From IMG/VR virus record IMGVR_UViG_3300029305_005280: 64,000 bases of DNA. The stretch is one strand, 5' to 3'. Made by a program: the position numbers and the translations under genes. Below are positions 10,608 through 19,834 of this stretch, in pieces; within the stretch, counting starts at the first letter, position 1; the number at the start of each line of letters is the position of its first letter. Origin of the DNA: a virus. Lineage: Duplodnaviria > Caudoviricetes. Below the pieces are notes generated by a model that was not told the DNA's origin, ran no database searches, and saw nothing but the letters and a program-made list of their open reading frames with translations.

Positions 10608-11477
10608 ATGGCACAAGTTTCGTTTGATGCTGTTCCTGCTGAAAATCAGGGCGGCGGTAATTTTAATTCTGTTGAGTTTTTTACTCTAAGAAATGATGGA
10701 GATGAAGCGCTTGTAAGAATTCTTCATGACAGTACAGACTCATTCAATATCTTTACTGTCCATGATAATCTTTCCGTAAATGGCAAACGCAGAAAGGTAA
10801 ATTGTTTAAGAAGTCCAAAGGACCCTGTTGAAATGTGTCCGCTTTGTGCAAGTGGTAATAATATTGTAAATAGAATTTATATCAATATGCTTGTATATGG
10901 AAAAGATGCAAATGGTCAGATGACTATCACACCTGTGGTTTGGGAGCGTAGTTTTGCTTATGCATCAAGACTTAAAGTACTTATTGATGAATATGGTCCT
11001 CTTTCACAGTCAATTTTTAAGATTAAGAGAAGTGGCGCTGCAGGAAGTATGGAAACAAAATATGATATTCTATACTGTAACCCCAAAATTTATCCTGATA
11101 ATCTGTATCCAATTGCAAATACAGAAAAGTTTGAAGGATATTCCGCACTTGGCAGCGTGATTATGAATAAAACTGCTGCTGATATGAATGTGTTCTTAAA
11201 TACTGGTGCATTCCCTGCAGCACCTCAGAATGAAAATGCAAATGCAGCACCTCAGCAGATGAGTTATCAGCCAAAAGTTGAAACAAACGCACCTGTTTAT
11301 TCGGAGGTTCCGCCTGCAATTCCTGTAAATCCTACACCAGCAACAGGTGGTTATGTTCCTCAGGGAACTGGTACACCGAGCGCAGCACCACAGAGATGGA
11401 ACACAACCGGAGCACCTGCTCCTGTGGTTGAGAGTCCTTCAACCACAGGAAATGGGCCTGGACCTAGATATTATTGA
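10608..11477 (+). CDS. gp32-like single-stranded DNA-binding protein
   Basis: 'FFTLRNDGDEALVRIL...H...C...CPLC...FKIKRSG...TKY' pattern with a Pro-rich tail; lies between primase and polymerase. Confidence 0.75.
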   Translation: MAQVSFDAVPAENQGGGNFNSVEFFTLRNDGDEALVRILHDSTDSFNIFTVHDNLSVNGKRRKVNCLRSPKDPVEMCPLCASGNNIVNRIYINMLVYGKDANGQMTITPVVWERSFAYASRLKVLIDEYGPLSQSIFKIKRSGAAGSMETKYDILYCNPKIYPDNLYPIANTEKFEGYSALGSVIMNKTAADMNVFLNTGAFPAAPQNENANAAPQQMSYQPKVETNAPVYSEVPPAIPVNPTPATGGYVPQGTGTPSAAPQRWNTTGAPAPVVESPSTTGNGPGPRYY

Positions 11478-13954
11478 TGGCAGGGTCTTTATGGGGCGAA
11501 GAGTTTGTTATTCCTAAAACTCCTCCAAAGAAAGTTATAAACAAGGTTAATAACCCCAAAGATGCAACTAAAGTTGTAACAAAAGCATTGAAATCTAATA
11601 GCCTCCCACTTGAGTTTAGGTTGGAGGCTATTAGGACTAATGTACTTAAGATACTTGGAAGATATGCAGACCGTACTCAGGTAATCAGGACAAGAGAAGA
11701 GTTAACTGCATATATTGATGCTGCAATTCAAAATGGCGTTATAGCTGTCGACACGGAGACAAATAATAGTCTTGACCCTATAACTTGTAAGTTGATGGGC
11801 CCGTGTATTTATACCCCAGGTCAAAAGAATGCTTACATACCACTAAATCACATACATCCTGTTACTCGTGTTAGGCTTGAAAATCAGCTTACTGAACAGG
11901 ATATCATTGAAGAATTTAGTAGGTTGACTGATATCAAGATTATCATGCACAATGGTAAGTTCGATTATCAGGTTATAAAATGTACTTGTGGTTTAGCATT
12001 GAAATGTTACTGGGATACAATGATAGCTGTTCGTATTCTCGACGAGAATGAAAAACGGGCAGGATTGAAGGAACAATATATAGATAAGATTGATTCTTCA
12101 ATTGAAAAGTACTCAATTGAGCACTTGTTTAAAGATGTTGAATATGCAGTTGTTGACCCTGAAATATTTGCTTTGTATGCTGCTACTGATGCTTTCATGA
12201 CCTATGAATTATACAAATGGCAAGAAGCACAGTTTAATAGAGCGGGGCATGAAAGAATAAAAGAATTATTCTTTGGTATTGAGATGCCTGTTATGGAAGT
12301 TGCAGCAGAAATGGAGCTAACAGGAGTTTGCATCGATAAAGAGTATGCAAGTAGATTAAGTAAAAAATATCATAAATTTATTGATGATGTTGATATTAGA
12401 ATTGCTGAACAACTTGAACAGTATCGCGATGTGATTTCTGAATGGAGAAAAACACCGGAAGCAAACTTTAAAGCACAGAAGGAAAATAAAAAGGGCGAAT
12501 TAACTTATGCAAAATCAAAAAGTGAACAGTTGAAGGACCCACCTGAGTTAACAAGTCCGACTCAGTTTGCTATACTATTATATGATGTTCTAGGAACAAA
12601 AGTTGTTGATAAGAAAAAGCCCAGAGGCACTGGTGAAGACATTCTTGTTCATATTGATAATCCATTATGTAAATTAGTATTAGAAAAAAGAGGACTTGAA
12701 AAATTAGTTGGTACATATATTGATAAGATACCAGGTTGTGTAAATGATGCAGATGGACGATTACATGCACATTTTAATCAGCTTGGTACGGATACGGGTC
12801 GATTTAGTTCTTCGGACCCTAACTTACAAAACATTCCCTCAAAGAATAAAGAAATTCGTTTGATGTTTGTTCCGTCACCCGGTTATGTGATGGTAGGCGG
12901 TGACTTTAGTCAACAGGAGCCCCGACTTTTGAGCAACTATGCAATGGATGAAAACATGATGAATGCATACCGTCAAGGAAAAGATTTGTATGCAACTATT
13001 GCAACTCAGATTCATAATAATACATACTGGGATAATATGGAGCATTTTGAAGACGGAACTCCTAACCCTGCTGGTAAGAAGCGTAGAAGTGGAGTTAAGA
13101 GTTTGATGCTGGGCATTATGTACGGTATGGGCTCTGCATCTTTAGCAGAAGCTATCGGAGGCACTATCAAAGATGCTCAGAAAATCATTGATGATTTCTA
13201 TGCAGGTTTTCCAAAAGTAAAGAAATGGATTGATGAGACTGACAGTAATGCCAAAAAGTATGGCTATGTTGAAGACTTCTGGGGAAGACGCAGAAGGTTA
13301 CCTGATATTCAACTTCCTAAATACAAGATTGTAGAAAAGAGTGCTTCAAAGAATTCAGTGGATATAAATCCTCTTCTTGGTGCAAAAGGAATTGTTAAAA
13401 AGACTGTTAATCCTTTGATTGCTCAGTATCAAAAACAACTTGAAGAAGCAAGAGGATGGCAGCAAGTAAGCAAGATTAAATCAGATGCATTACTTAATGG
13501 CATTGAAATACATGATAATGGTGGATTTATTGCATACGCAGAAAGACAATGTGTAAATGCTCGTGTTCAAGGTGGGGCTGCAACAATGTCAAAACTTGCA
13601 ATGAGGAAAGTATATGACAATCCTGAGTTGCGTAGACTTGGATTCCGGATGCTATTACAGGTGCACGATGAACTTATTGGAGAGTGCCCCATTGAAAATG
13701 CTGATGAGGTAGCTGCTTTGCTTTCTGACATCATGAAGCATTCAGCAGAACCCGTTGTTACAATTCCATTCAAATGTGACACTGAAGTCAGTGCTTGCTG
13801 GTATTATGATGATTATAGTAATACACTTAAAGCAGAATTCAATAAGCTCCTTGACAAAGGAATGTTGAAAAATGATGCATACAATACTATTCTAAACGAG
13901 CACACTGAGTGTACCGAAGAACAAATCAAAGATTTCTTATCAGATATATTGTAA
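11474..13954 (+). CDS. polA: Family A DNA polymerase with 3'-5' exonuclease and no 5' nuclease domain
   Basis: Exonuclease motifs DTET, HNGKFD and YAATD; polymerase motifs TGRFSSSDPNLQNIP, DFSQQEPR (A), RRSGVKSLMLGIMYG (B) and QVHDE (C). Confidence 0.95.
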   Translation: MMAGSLWGEEFVIPKTPPKKVINKVNNPKDATKVVTKALKSNSLPLEFRLEAIRTNVLKILGRYADRTQVIRTREELTAYIDAAIQNGVIAVDTETNNSLDPITCKLMGPCIYTPGQKNAYIPLNHIHPVTRVRLENQLTEQDIIEEFSRLTDIKIIMHNGKFDYQVIKCTCGLALKCYWDTMIAVRILDENEKRAGLKEQYIDKIDSSIEKYSIEHLFKDVEYAVVDPEIFALYAATDAFMTYELYKWQEAQFNRAGHERIKELFFGIEMPVMEVAAEMELTGVCIDKEYASRLSKKYHKFIDDVDIRIAEQLEQYRDVISEWRKTPEANFKAQKENKKGELTYAKSKSEQLKDPPELTSPTQFAILLYDVLGTKVVDKKKPRGTGEDILVHIDNPLCKLVLEKRGLEKLVGTYIDKIPGCVNDADGRLHAHFNQLGTDTGRFSSSDPNLQNIPSKNKEIRLMFVPSPGYVMVGGDFSQQEPRLLSNYAMDENMMNAYRQGKDLYATIATQIHNNTYWDNMEHFEDGTPNPAGKKRRSGVKSLMLGIMYGMGSASLAEAIGGTIKDAQKIIDDFYAGFPKVKKWIDETDSNAKKYGYVEDFWGRRRRLPDIQLPKYKIVEKSASKNSVDINPLLGAKGIVKKTVNPLIAQYQKQLEEARGWQQVSKIKSDALLNGIEIHDNGGFIAYAERQCVNARVQGGAATMSKLAMRKVYDNPELRRLGFRMLLQVHDELIGECPIENADEVAALLSDIMKHSAEPVVTIPFKCDTEVSACWYYDDYSNTLKAEFNKLLDKGMLKNDAYNTILNEHTECTEEQIKDFLSDIL

Positions 13955-13958
13955 GATA

Positions 13959-14007
13959 TACTTGAGTTCAAATACCTTAATCCTCAAGTAAAATAAAAAA
14001 TTAGGAG
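13959..14007 (+). promoter_or_regulatory. preQ1-I-like riboswitch candidate overlapping the yhhQ Shine-Dalgarno
   Basis: 8-bp stem tacttgag/ctcaagta with loop ttcaaataccttaatc, then an A-rich tail aaataaaaaa and ttaggag (SD). It lies directly upstream of a queuosine-precursor transporter. Confidence 0.65.
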
Positions 14008-14017
14008 TTTTAAAAAA

Positions 14018-14725
14018 ATGTTAACAAAAGTAAAAAATGAATTAAAGGAATACAGCAGACTTCTACATACAATTCCTTCATGGGTATTAACTTTGTTTGT
14101 CCTTAGTGTAGTTGCAATGAATCTTTTTGCCAATAAATCAATCAATCTTCCGGTCAGCTGGTTAGCTCTTGATTGTGGAATGATTTTTGCTTGGGCTCCA
14201 TTTCTTTGTATGGATATTGTTGTAAAACATTTCGGACCAAAAGCAGCTGTTAGATTAACAATTATTGCAACACTTGTCAATGTTTTGGTTTCAGTTATGT
14301 TTTTCTTTGGTGCACTTATTCCAGGCACATGGGGAGAATCATTCAATGGTGACATGAATATGATAAACACAGCTCTCAACAACACATTGAAGGGAAATTG
14401 GTATATTGTATTTGGTAGTACACTTGCATTCATTGTTGCAGGAATTGTTAATAGTATTACAAATCATGCAACAGGTAAGTTATGTAAAAATGACAATTTT
14501 CGTACATTTGCTCTAAGAACATATGTGTCAACGTTCATTGGTCAATTTGTAGATAACATGGTTTTCTCACTTGTAGTAAGTCAAGTATTGTTCGGGTGGA
14601 CCCTTTTACAGTGTGTCACTTGTTCTCTTACTGGAGCTCTGTGTGAACTGCTTTGTGAAACAGTATTCAGTCCTGTCGGTTGGAGAATTGTTAAGAAATG
14701 GAAAAAAGATAACCTTACAGTGTAA
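14018..14725 (+). CDS. yhhQ: VUT/YhhQ-family queuosine precursor transporter
   Basis: Multi-TM protein with 'NLFANK', 'PFLCMDIVVKHFGPK', 'GSTLAF' and 'LRTYVSTFIGQFVDNMVF' signatures. Confidence 0.88.
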   Translation: MLTKVKNELKEYSRLLHTIPSWVLTLFVLSVVAMNLFANKSINLPVSWLALDCGMIFAWAPFLCMDIVVKHFGPKAAVRLTIIATLVNVLVSVMFFFGALIPGTWGESFNGDMNMINTALNNTLKGNWYIVFGSTLAFIVAGIVNSITNHATGKLCKNDNFRTFALRTYVSTFIGQFVDNMVFSLVVSQVLFGWTLLQCVTCSLTGALCELLCETVFSPVGWRIVKKWKKDNLTV

Positions 14726-14738
14726 GGATAGAATATGT

Positions 14739-14774
14739 GGGATAGTTGAATTACTTTCAGCTATCCCTTATAAT
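14739..14774 (+). promoter_or_regulatory. Promoter (TAG-TTGAAT-N17-TATAAT) superimposed on an inverted repeat (terminator- or operator-like)
   Basis: The hairpin gggatagttgaa/ttcagctatccc contains the -35 box. Confidence 0.65.
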
Positions 14775-14808
14775 ATAACTATAAACAATGAAACGGAGTT
14801 AAAAATAA

Positions 14809-15756
14809 ATGAGTGTTGTGTATTTCTTTAGCGGGGCTTACAAGCAGCCTTTAAAAAGAGAACTAAACATTGACCAGTTGTTTTCTGTTTATCATGAAAA
14901 AACATTGATTAAGAAAACAATTCAATATAAGAAAGAACATCCTGAATATACAGCAAAGATTATGGTCGATAGTGGTGCGTTCTCTTTATATCAGAAATTT
15001 AAAAAGAATGGTGAAATTCTTACTGATGAAGAATTAACTGCTTATACTGACGATTACATAGAGTTTTTGAATGAAGTAGGAGATGACTTATATTCATTTG
15101 TTGGAGTGGATACTGTTCCTAATCCCGATGACGTTGACCAAAGTTTTGCACAGAAGACTTGGGACAATTACCTTTATATGTATGAAAGACTAAGACCAGA
15201 GATTCGAGATAAACTAATGCCTGTTTTCCACTTTGGAGAAGATTTTAAGTGGTTAAGAAATATGTTGGAACACAAACACTCTACAGGTAAAGGTCTTGAG
15301 TGGGTTGGACTTGCTATCTCACTTGAAGGTAATCAGAAAGTAAGAATTAGTTGGGCAAATGAATGTCGTCGTATTATCAATGAAAGTAGCAACCCTAATG
15401 TTAAGACACATGCTTTTGGTGTAGGTGTTAAATCAGTTCTTGACCACATTGAAGTTACTTCGACAGATGCAACTTCTTGGTTAAAGCGTGCTGCTTACGG
15501 TATGGTAAGTATTCATGACAAAACAATTTACATAAGTGAACTTCAACAGCAAAAATTTGATGGAAGACATCTCACTGAAAAATCTGTGGCAATGCAAGGT
15601 GATGTTGAAAAGATTGTAAATGACCGAGGATTTACGCTTGAAGAGTTAGCAACTGACCCTTATGCAAGAGCAAAATTTAATATACTTGATACAATTGATT
15701 GGGTGAATAACTTAAATCAGAATAAGTTTTTAACCGCAAAGAAGGAACTATGGTAA
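14809..15756 (+). CDS. dpdA: TGT-fold base-exchange enzyme, DpdA-like 7-deazaguanine DNA transglycosylase
   Basis: VDSGAF, VDTVP, PVFH, GLA, HAFGV and STDATSW map onto TGT/DpdA catalytic motifs. It is adjacent to yhhQ, and no CxCxxC Zn site is seen. Confidence 0.75.
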   Translation: MSVVYFFSGAYKQPLKRELNIDQLFSVYHEKTLIKKTIQYKKEHPEYTAKIMVDSGAFSLYQKFKKNGEILTDEELTAYTDDYIEFLNEVGDDLYSFVGVDTVPNPDDVDQSFAQKTWDNYLYMYERLRPEIRDKLMPVFHFGEDFKWLRNMLEHKHSTGKGLEWVGLAISLEGNQKVRISWANECRRIINESSNPNVKTHAFGVGVKSVLDHIEVTSTDATSWLKRAAYGMVSIHDKTIYISELQQQKFDGRHLTEKSVAMQGDVEKIVNDRGFTLEELATDPYARAKFNILDTIDWVNNLNQNKFLTAKKELW

Positions 15757-15757
15757 T

Positions 15758-16468
15758 ATGGAAAGAGCATTGATAACAGGAACAAGTTGTGGTGTAGGTA
15801 GGGCTGCAGCAGTTAAGTTTCTAGATGAAGGATATGAGGTTTATGGACTTGATATCAAAGAACCTACTATTGTACATAAGAATTATCATCATGTTATTTG
15901 TGATGTAAGTAAGAAAGAACAACTTCCTTATATCAAAGACCTTGAATACATTGTTAACAATGCAGGCATTGTAACTCCACAGGTAGATGCAATTGATGTT
16001 AATCTTTATGGTTACATCAATATTCTTGAAGAATATGGTGACTGTCCTTCTCTTAAAAGTATTGTCCAAGTAGGCAGCACTGCTTCATACAAAGGTTACG
16101 ATAATATAAGGTATTGTGCCTCTCAGGGCGGAAGAGACGCACTAACAAAGTGGGCTGCAAACAATTTTGGTAACGATAAGAGACATGTTATTGTTAATTC
16201 TCTTAATCTTGATGGTATCGTAGCAGCTGACCCTGAAAAAGGAATTCAAGGTACATCGCTTGAACCTGAGTTATATGCACAGCCCCATTTGATGGAAACT
16301 ATTAAGAACCTCAGCGTGTTAAAGAAATTAGCAACTGTCGAGGAAATTGCGGAATGGATTTATTTCTTACTTGTTAAGAATACAGTGATGACTGGTCAAA
16401 TTCTGTCAATTGATGGAGAACTTATTGGTGCTTATAGATTTATTCAGTATCCGGGGTGGAACGATTAA
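15758..16468 (+). CDS. Short-chain dehydrogenase/reductase with atypical YxxxQ motif
   Basis: TGTSCGVG (TGxxxGxG), NNAG, catalytic S, YCASQ in place of YxxxK, and C-terminal TGQILSIDG. Confidence 0.85.
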   Translation: MERALITGTSCGVGRAAAVKFLDEGYEVYGLDIKEPTIVHKNYHHVICDVSKKEQLPYIKDLEYIVNNAGIVTPQVDAIDVNLYGYINILEEYGDCPSLKSIVQVGSTASYKGYDNIRYCASQGGRDALTKWAANNFGNDKRHVIVNSLNLDGIVAADPEKGIQGTSLEPELYAQPHLMETIKNLSVLKKLATVEEIAEWIYFLLVKNTVMTGQILSIDGELIGAYRFIQYPGWND

Positions 16469-17352
16469 TGAATAAGATTTGTGCATTGATTCCTTGCTTA
16501 ATGCTGGATAATAACAGAGAGATAAATAAAAAATCAATAACCTCAAATCAAGAGCATCTAAAACTAGATGCTTATGTAATATATGACCAATGTTTCACAG
16601 AAAATGATTTCATTCCCGATTGTGAATATATTGGTCACGCTGATAAGCGTATGGGATGGGTTGAACCACGAAATGCACTTTTAAGATGGTTTTACAACTC
16701 AGACTATGACTATGCTTTTTGGATTGATGCAAATTCAACAGTGTCAAAACCTACACTAAATGATTTAACTACAATCATCGATAATATTAGAAATGGTACA
16801 TTAGATGATTGTGATTCTATATTTGCTACTTTAGGGATGTGGGTATCTCAAGAAAGGATTCAGTGTAAATCAGCTGAAGACTTCTATGATAATGTAAGAT
16901 TACTTCCATCAAGAATGGATAGAAGTTATAATTGGATGCACGGCATGTTTCATAAGAATTTTAAAAAATACTATAATCAAGAGTTCTATATTGATGAAAG
17001 ATGTGATACACGTAAAGGAACTCCTGATGATGTTTATTTTGCAAGATTGCTGAGAAAGTATACTAACTGCTGGGTAGCCCCCACTGTTGTAGTAAATAAG
17101 CCCTCATCTAAGATGTCTTGTACGTGGGCAAATGAAAAAGGAACATACGATTATCCTCCTGTTCTATTTGATATTGTGGATGATTATATCCTTGAAGAGT
17201 CAGAAAAGAATAGTTATCATATATGCAATAAAAATGTGCAGTTAAAGGAAATTGTAATTCCAAGAAATGATTATCTGCGTGAACATATTAAACATTATGT
17301 ACCACGAGGTAAAAAGAAAGAAACTTTAAATTCAAGAATGACATTGTTTTAA
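16468..17352 (+). CDS. GT-A fold glycosyltransferase (GT2/TAGT-like)
   Basis: 'GWVEPRNALL...DYDYAFWIDAN' (variant DxD region) and 'PDDVYFARLL' (ED-type acceptor base motif). Confidence 0.6.
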   Translation: MNKICALIPCLMLDNNREINKKSITSNQEHLKLDAYVIYDQCFTENDFIPDCEYIGHADKRMGWVEPRNALLRWFYNSDYDYAFWIDANSTVSKPTLNDLTTIIDNIRNGTLDDCDSIFATLGMWVSQERIQCKSAEDFYDNVRLLPSRMDRSYNWMHGMFHKNFKKYYNQEFYIDERCDTRKGTPDDVYFARLLRKYTNCWVAPTVVVNKPSSKMSCTWANEKGTYDYPPVLFDIVDDYILEESEKNSYHICNKNVQLKEIVIPRNDYLREHIKHYVPRGKKKETLNSRMTLF

Positions 17353-17365
17353 AGGAAGTGAACTG

Positions 17366-19090
17366 ATGAACCTTTTAGTACTATCAGGTGGTAGTGGAAA
17401 TGATTCATTGATTAGAGGACTTAAAAAGTTATATCCCTCAATCAACGTAAAGGTACTTGTTAATGCATATGATGCAGGTAAATCAACAGGTATTTGTAGA
17501 AAAGTGACTGATACATTAGGAGTGTCAGATATTAGAAAAAATCATATTAGAATGTATGAATCAATGACAAAGTATCCTAACAAATGTATTCTTGAATTCT
17601 ATAATGATAGATATGATTTTACAAAAGGGCACGAATGTGAAGAAATTCTACAAAAGTTATCAGAATGGAATCTGAGTCAATTTGGTGATTTTGTTCAAGC
17701 ATTCTTTTCCCGAACTAAATCAAAAGAGTATACATATAATGATTTTAATGTGTCCAATATTGTTTATGCAGAGATGTATGCTGCATTTGGATATAAGAAA
17801 ACAAATTCTATTTTTTGTGGTTTACTGGGCATTGACGATTTCTTACTATTAAATTCATTTGACAACGTTTACATTCAAGCAAGAACAAAATCCAATCATC
17901 TAATCGAAGATGAAGGGGATATTGTGGAATATTGTAATCCCTCTGACCCTATTGTTGGTATTGAGTATATCGGTGATTATAACAATGAGTTGAATCAAGA
18001 AGCAGTTAACGCAATCCAGTGGGCTGATTATATTGTTATTTCAACTGGAACATTCTGGAGCTCAATCTATCCTACATTACAGTATGGTGATTTGTATAAG
18101 TATATAAATGCATCTACTGCAAAGAAAGTGTGGGCAATAAACAACGAATGTGACAAAGATTCTTATGGTGTTGGAAGTAATCAATTTATCGAGTTTTTTG
18201 AAGAACTCGGGTTGAACTTAAATGATTTTCTTATTCTTGAGAATACTGATGCAGTACAAATTTTGAAAGAAGAAAATCCCACAAAGAACATTGTTTTCAA
18301 ATCAATGGATTCTTACAACGGGAAGCATAACCCCGATAAGTATGCTGCAGAAATTTTAAGATTGTATTATGGTATTGATTCTGCTGATTCATATGATACA
18401 ATATTGTTTGATTTTGATGATACACTGTGGGCAAGAGATGCCACTACCATAAATCCTCAGTCTTTATACTATTCTATTGATAATCTTAAACTGATGAATC
18501 AAAATTTAAGCAACAAGAGTGCAATTATTTCAGGTAACTCTTACAAAAGTATTCATAATAAGTTAGTCACAGTTTATGGTGCTCACTTTGATTCATTTGA
18601 TGTGGATGTGTGGGCTGATGCAAATACTAATTGCTATCGTAAAGGTGAGTTAGTTGATTCAATTTCTGATTTTATCATGGACAATGAAACTACAAAACTT
18701 ATTGTTGATTATCTATCAAGAAGATACAATGTTATTCCTGATGGAATTAAATTTGAAAATGATACTACTTATTTAAAGATAAAGCCTCTTGATGGTTTTA
18801 CAAGGAGAATTCTTGCCGATTACCTAAATAACTATGTATTTAAAAACATTGGATGCAGCCAATGCAAGGCAGTCACAACAGGTAATACGACATTAGATAT
18901 CATACATATAAACAACACTAAGGCAAAACTTCTGGATGTTTTAGATTGTAAGAATAAGAAAGTTCTTTATATTGGAGACGAAGTTAACTTTGGTAATGAT
19001 GCAGACATTGCAAGTAAATGTACTGCATATGTAAACACAAGTGGTGTTGAAGAAACACATTGTATATTGGAGTTGTTAAGTAAAAAATGA
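17366..19090 (+). CDS. CofD/YvcK(GlmR)-like transferase fused to a HAD-IIB (PMM-like) phosphatase/mutase
   Basis: N-terminal SGGSG, NAYDAGKSTG, SDIRKN and AIQWADYIVISTGTFWSSIYP; C-terminal DFDDTL, SGN, K and IGDEVNFGND. Confidence 0.8.
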   Translation: MNLLVLSGGSGNDSLIRGLKKLYPSINVKVLVNAYDAGKSTGICRKVTDTLGVSDIRKNHIRMYESMTKYPNKCILEFYNDRYDFTKGHECEEILQKLSEWNLSQFGDFVQAFFSRTKSKEYTYNDFNVSNIVYAEMYAAFGYKKTNSIFCGLLGIDDFLLLNSFDNVYIQARTKSNHLIEDEGDIVEYCNPSDPIVGIEYIGDYNNELNQEAVNAIQWADYIVISTGTFWSSIYPTLQYGDLYKYINASTAKKVWAINNECDKDSYGVGSNQFIEFFEELGLNLNDFLILENTDAVQILKEENPTKNIVFKSMDSYNGKHNPDKYAAEILRLYYGIDSADSYDTILFDFDDTLWARDATTINPQSLYYSIDNLKLMNQNLSNKSAIISGNSYKSIHNKLVTVYGAHFDSFDVDVWADANTNCYRKGELVDSISDFIMDNETTKLIVDYLSRRYNVIPDGIKFENDTTYLKIKPLDGFTRRILADYLNNYVFKNIGCSQCKAVTTGNTTLDIIHINNTKAKLLDVLDCKNKKVLYIGDEVNFGNDADIASKCTAYVNTSGVEETHCILELLSKK

Positions 19091-19791
19091 TTTATGGATT
19101 AATCATAAGCGCGGGAAATCAAAAAAGATTTGCTAGTGAGAAACCAAAGGCGTTGCTTGACACACCCATTGGAGAAACGTTGCTTGATTTGAATATGGCA
19201 AATATGCATGAAGTGTGTGACCTTGTTTATGTTGTTTGTTCAACTCAGAATCAATCATGGTTTGACACTTCTGATAAGATTATTATTGATTCAGGTAAAG
19301 GTTGTGGAGACGCTGTAATGAAAGCATTACAGCAACTATCCTTGAAAGCTGATGATAAGGTCTTCATTCAATGGGGCGATTCATATCATAAGGTAAGCTT
19401 GTACAGATTACTTCAAGATAGATATATAGGTAAATTTTTAATTCCTTGTCAAAAAGAAGATAATCCATATGTTTGGATTATTCCTGAACGTAGGGGCGTG
19501 AAAGTATATTTTTCAAAATATGGCGAAACTTGTACTTCGGGATATCATGACCTAAGTTTGTTCTATGGTAATGCTTTAGAGTTGCTCTCATATCTTGAAG
19601 AATTTCGTGACCAAATTGAAAAAGATGGCAACTATATACATAAGCACGGTAATGAAATGCAATTCCTTGATGTGTTTAATGAAACAGTAATGCCCGCAGC
19701 TATTATAGAGGTATCAGATTATCAAGGTTTTTCATTCAACACAATAGATGAATTTCAAAAAATTATAGATAAGTTTGATTTTTCAAACTAA
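19087..19791 (+). CDS. Sugar-phosphate nucleotidyltransferase (GlmU-N/NTP_transferase-like)
   Basis: ISAGNQKRF...PKALL, GKGCGDAV and QWGD. Confidence 0.8.
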   Translation: MIYGLIISAGNQKRFASEKPKALLDTPIGETLLDLNMANMHEVCDLVYVVCSTQNQSWFDTSDKIIIDSGKGCGDAVMKALQQLSLKADDKVFIQWGDSYHKVSLYRLLQDRYIGKFLIPCQKEDNPYVWIIPERRGVKVYFSKYGETCTSGYHDLSLFYGNALELLSYLEEFRDQIEKDGNYIHKHGNEMQFLDVFNETVMPAAIIEVSDYQGFSFNTIDEFQKIIDKFDFSN

Positions 19792-19834
19792 CATATTATA
19801 ATAAAAATAAAAAAGATATAATGGAGATGACTCA

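Noticed and set aside
14809-15756. Canonical bacterial tRNA-guanine transglycosylase (tgt)
   Set aside because: It lacks the Zn-binding CxCxxC/H region, has PVFH, sits in the replication module and has a clamp-like tail. A DNA-acting DpdA fits better, though tRNA activity is not excluded.
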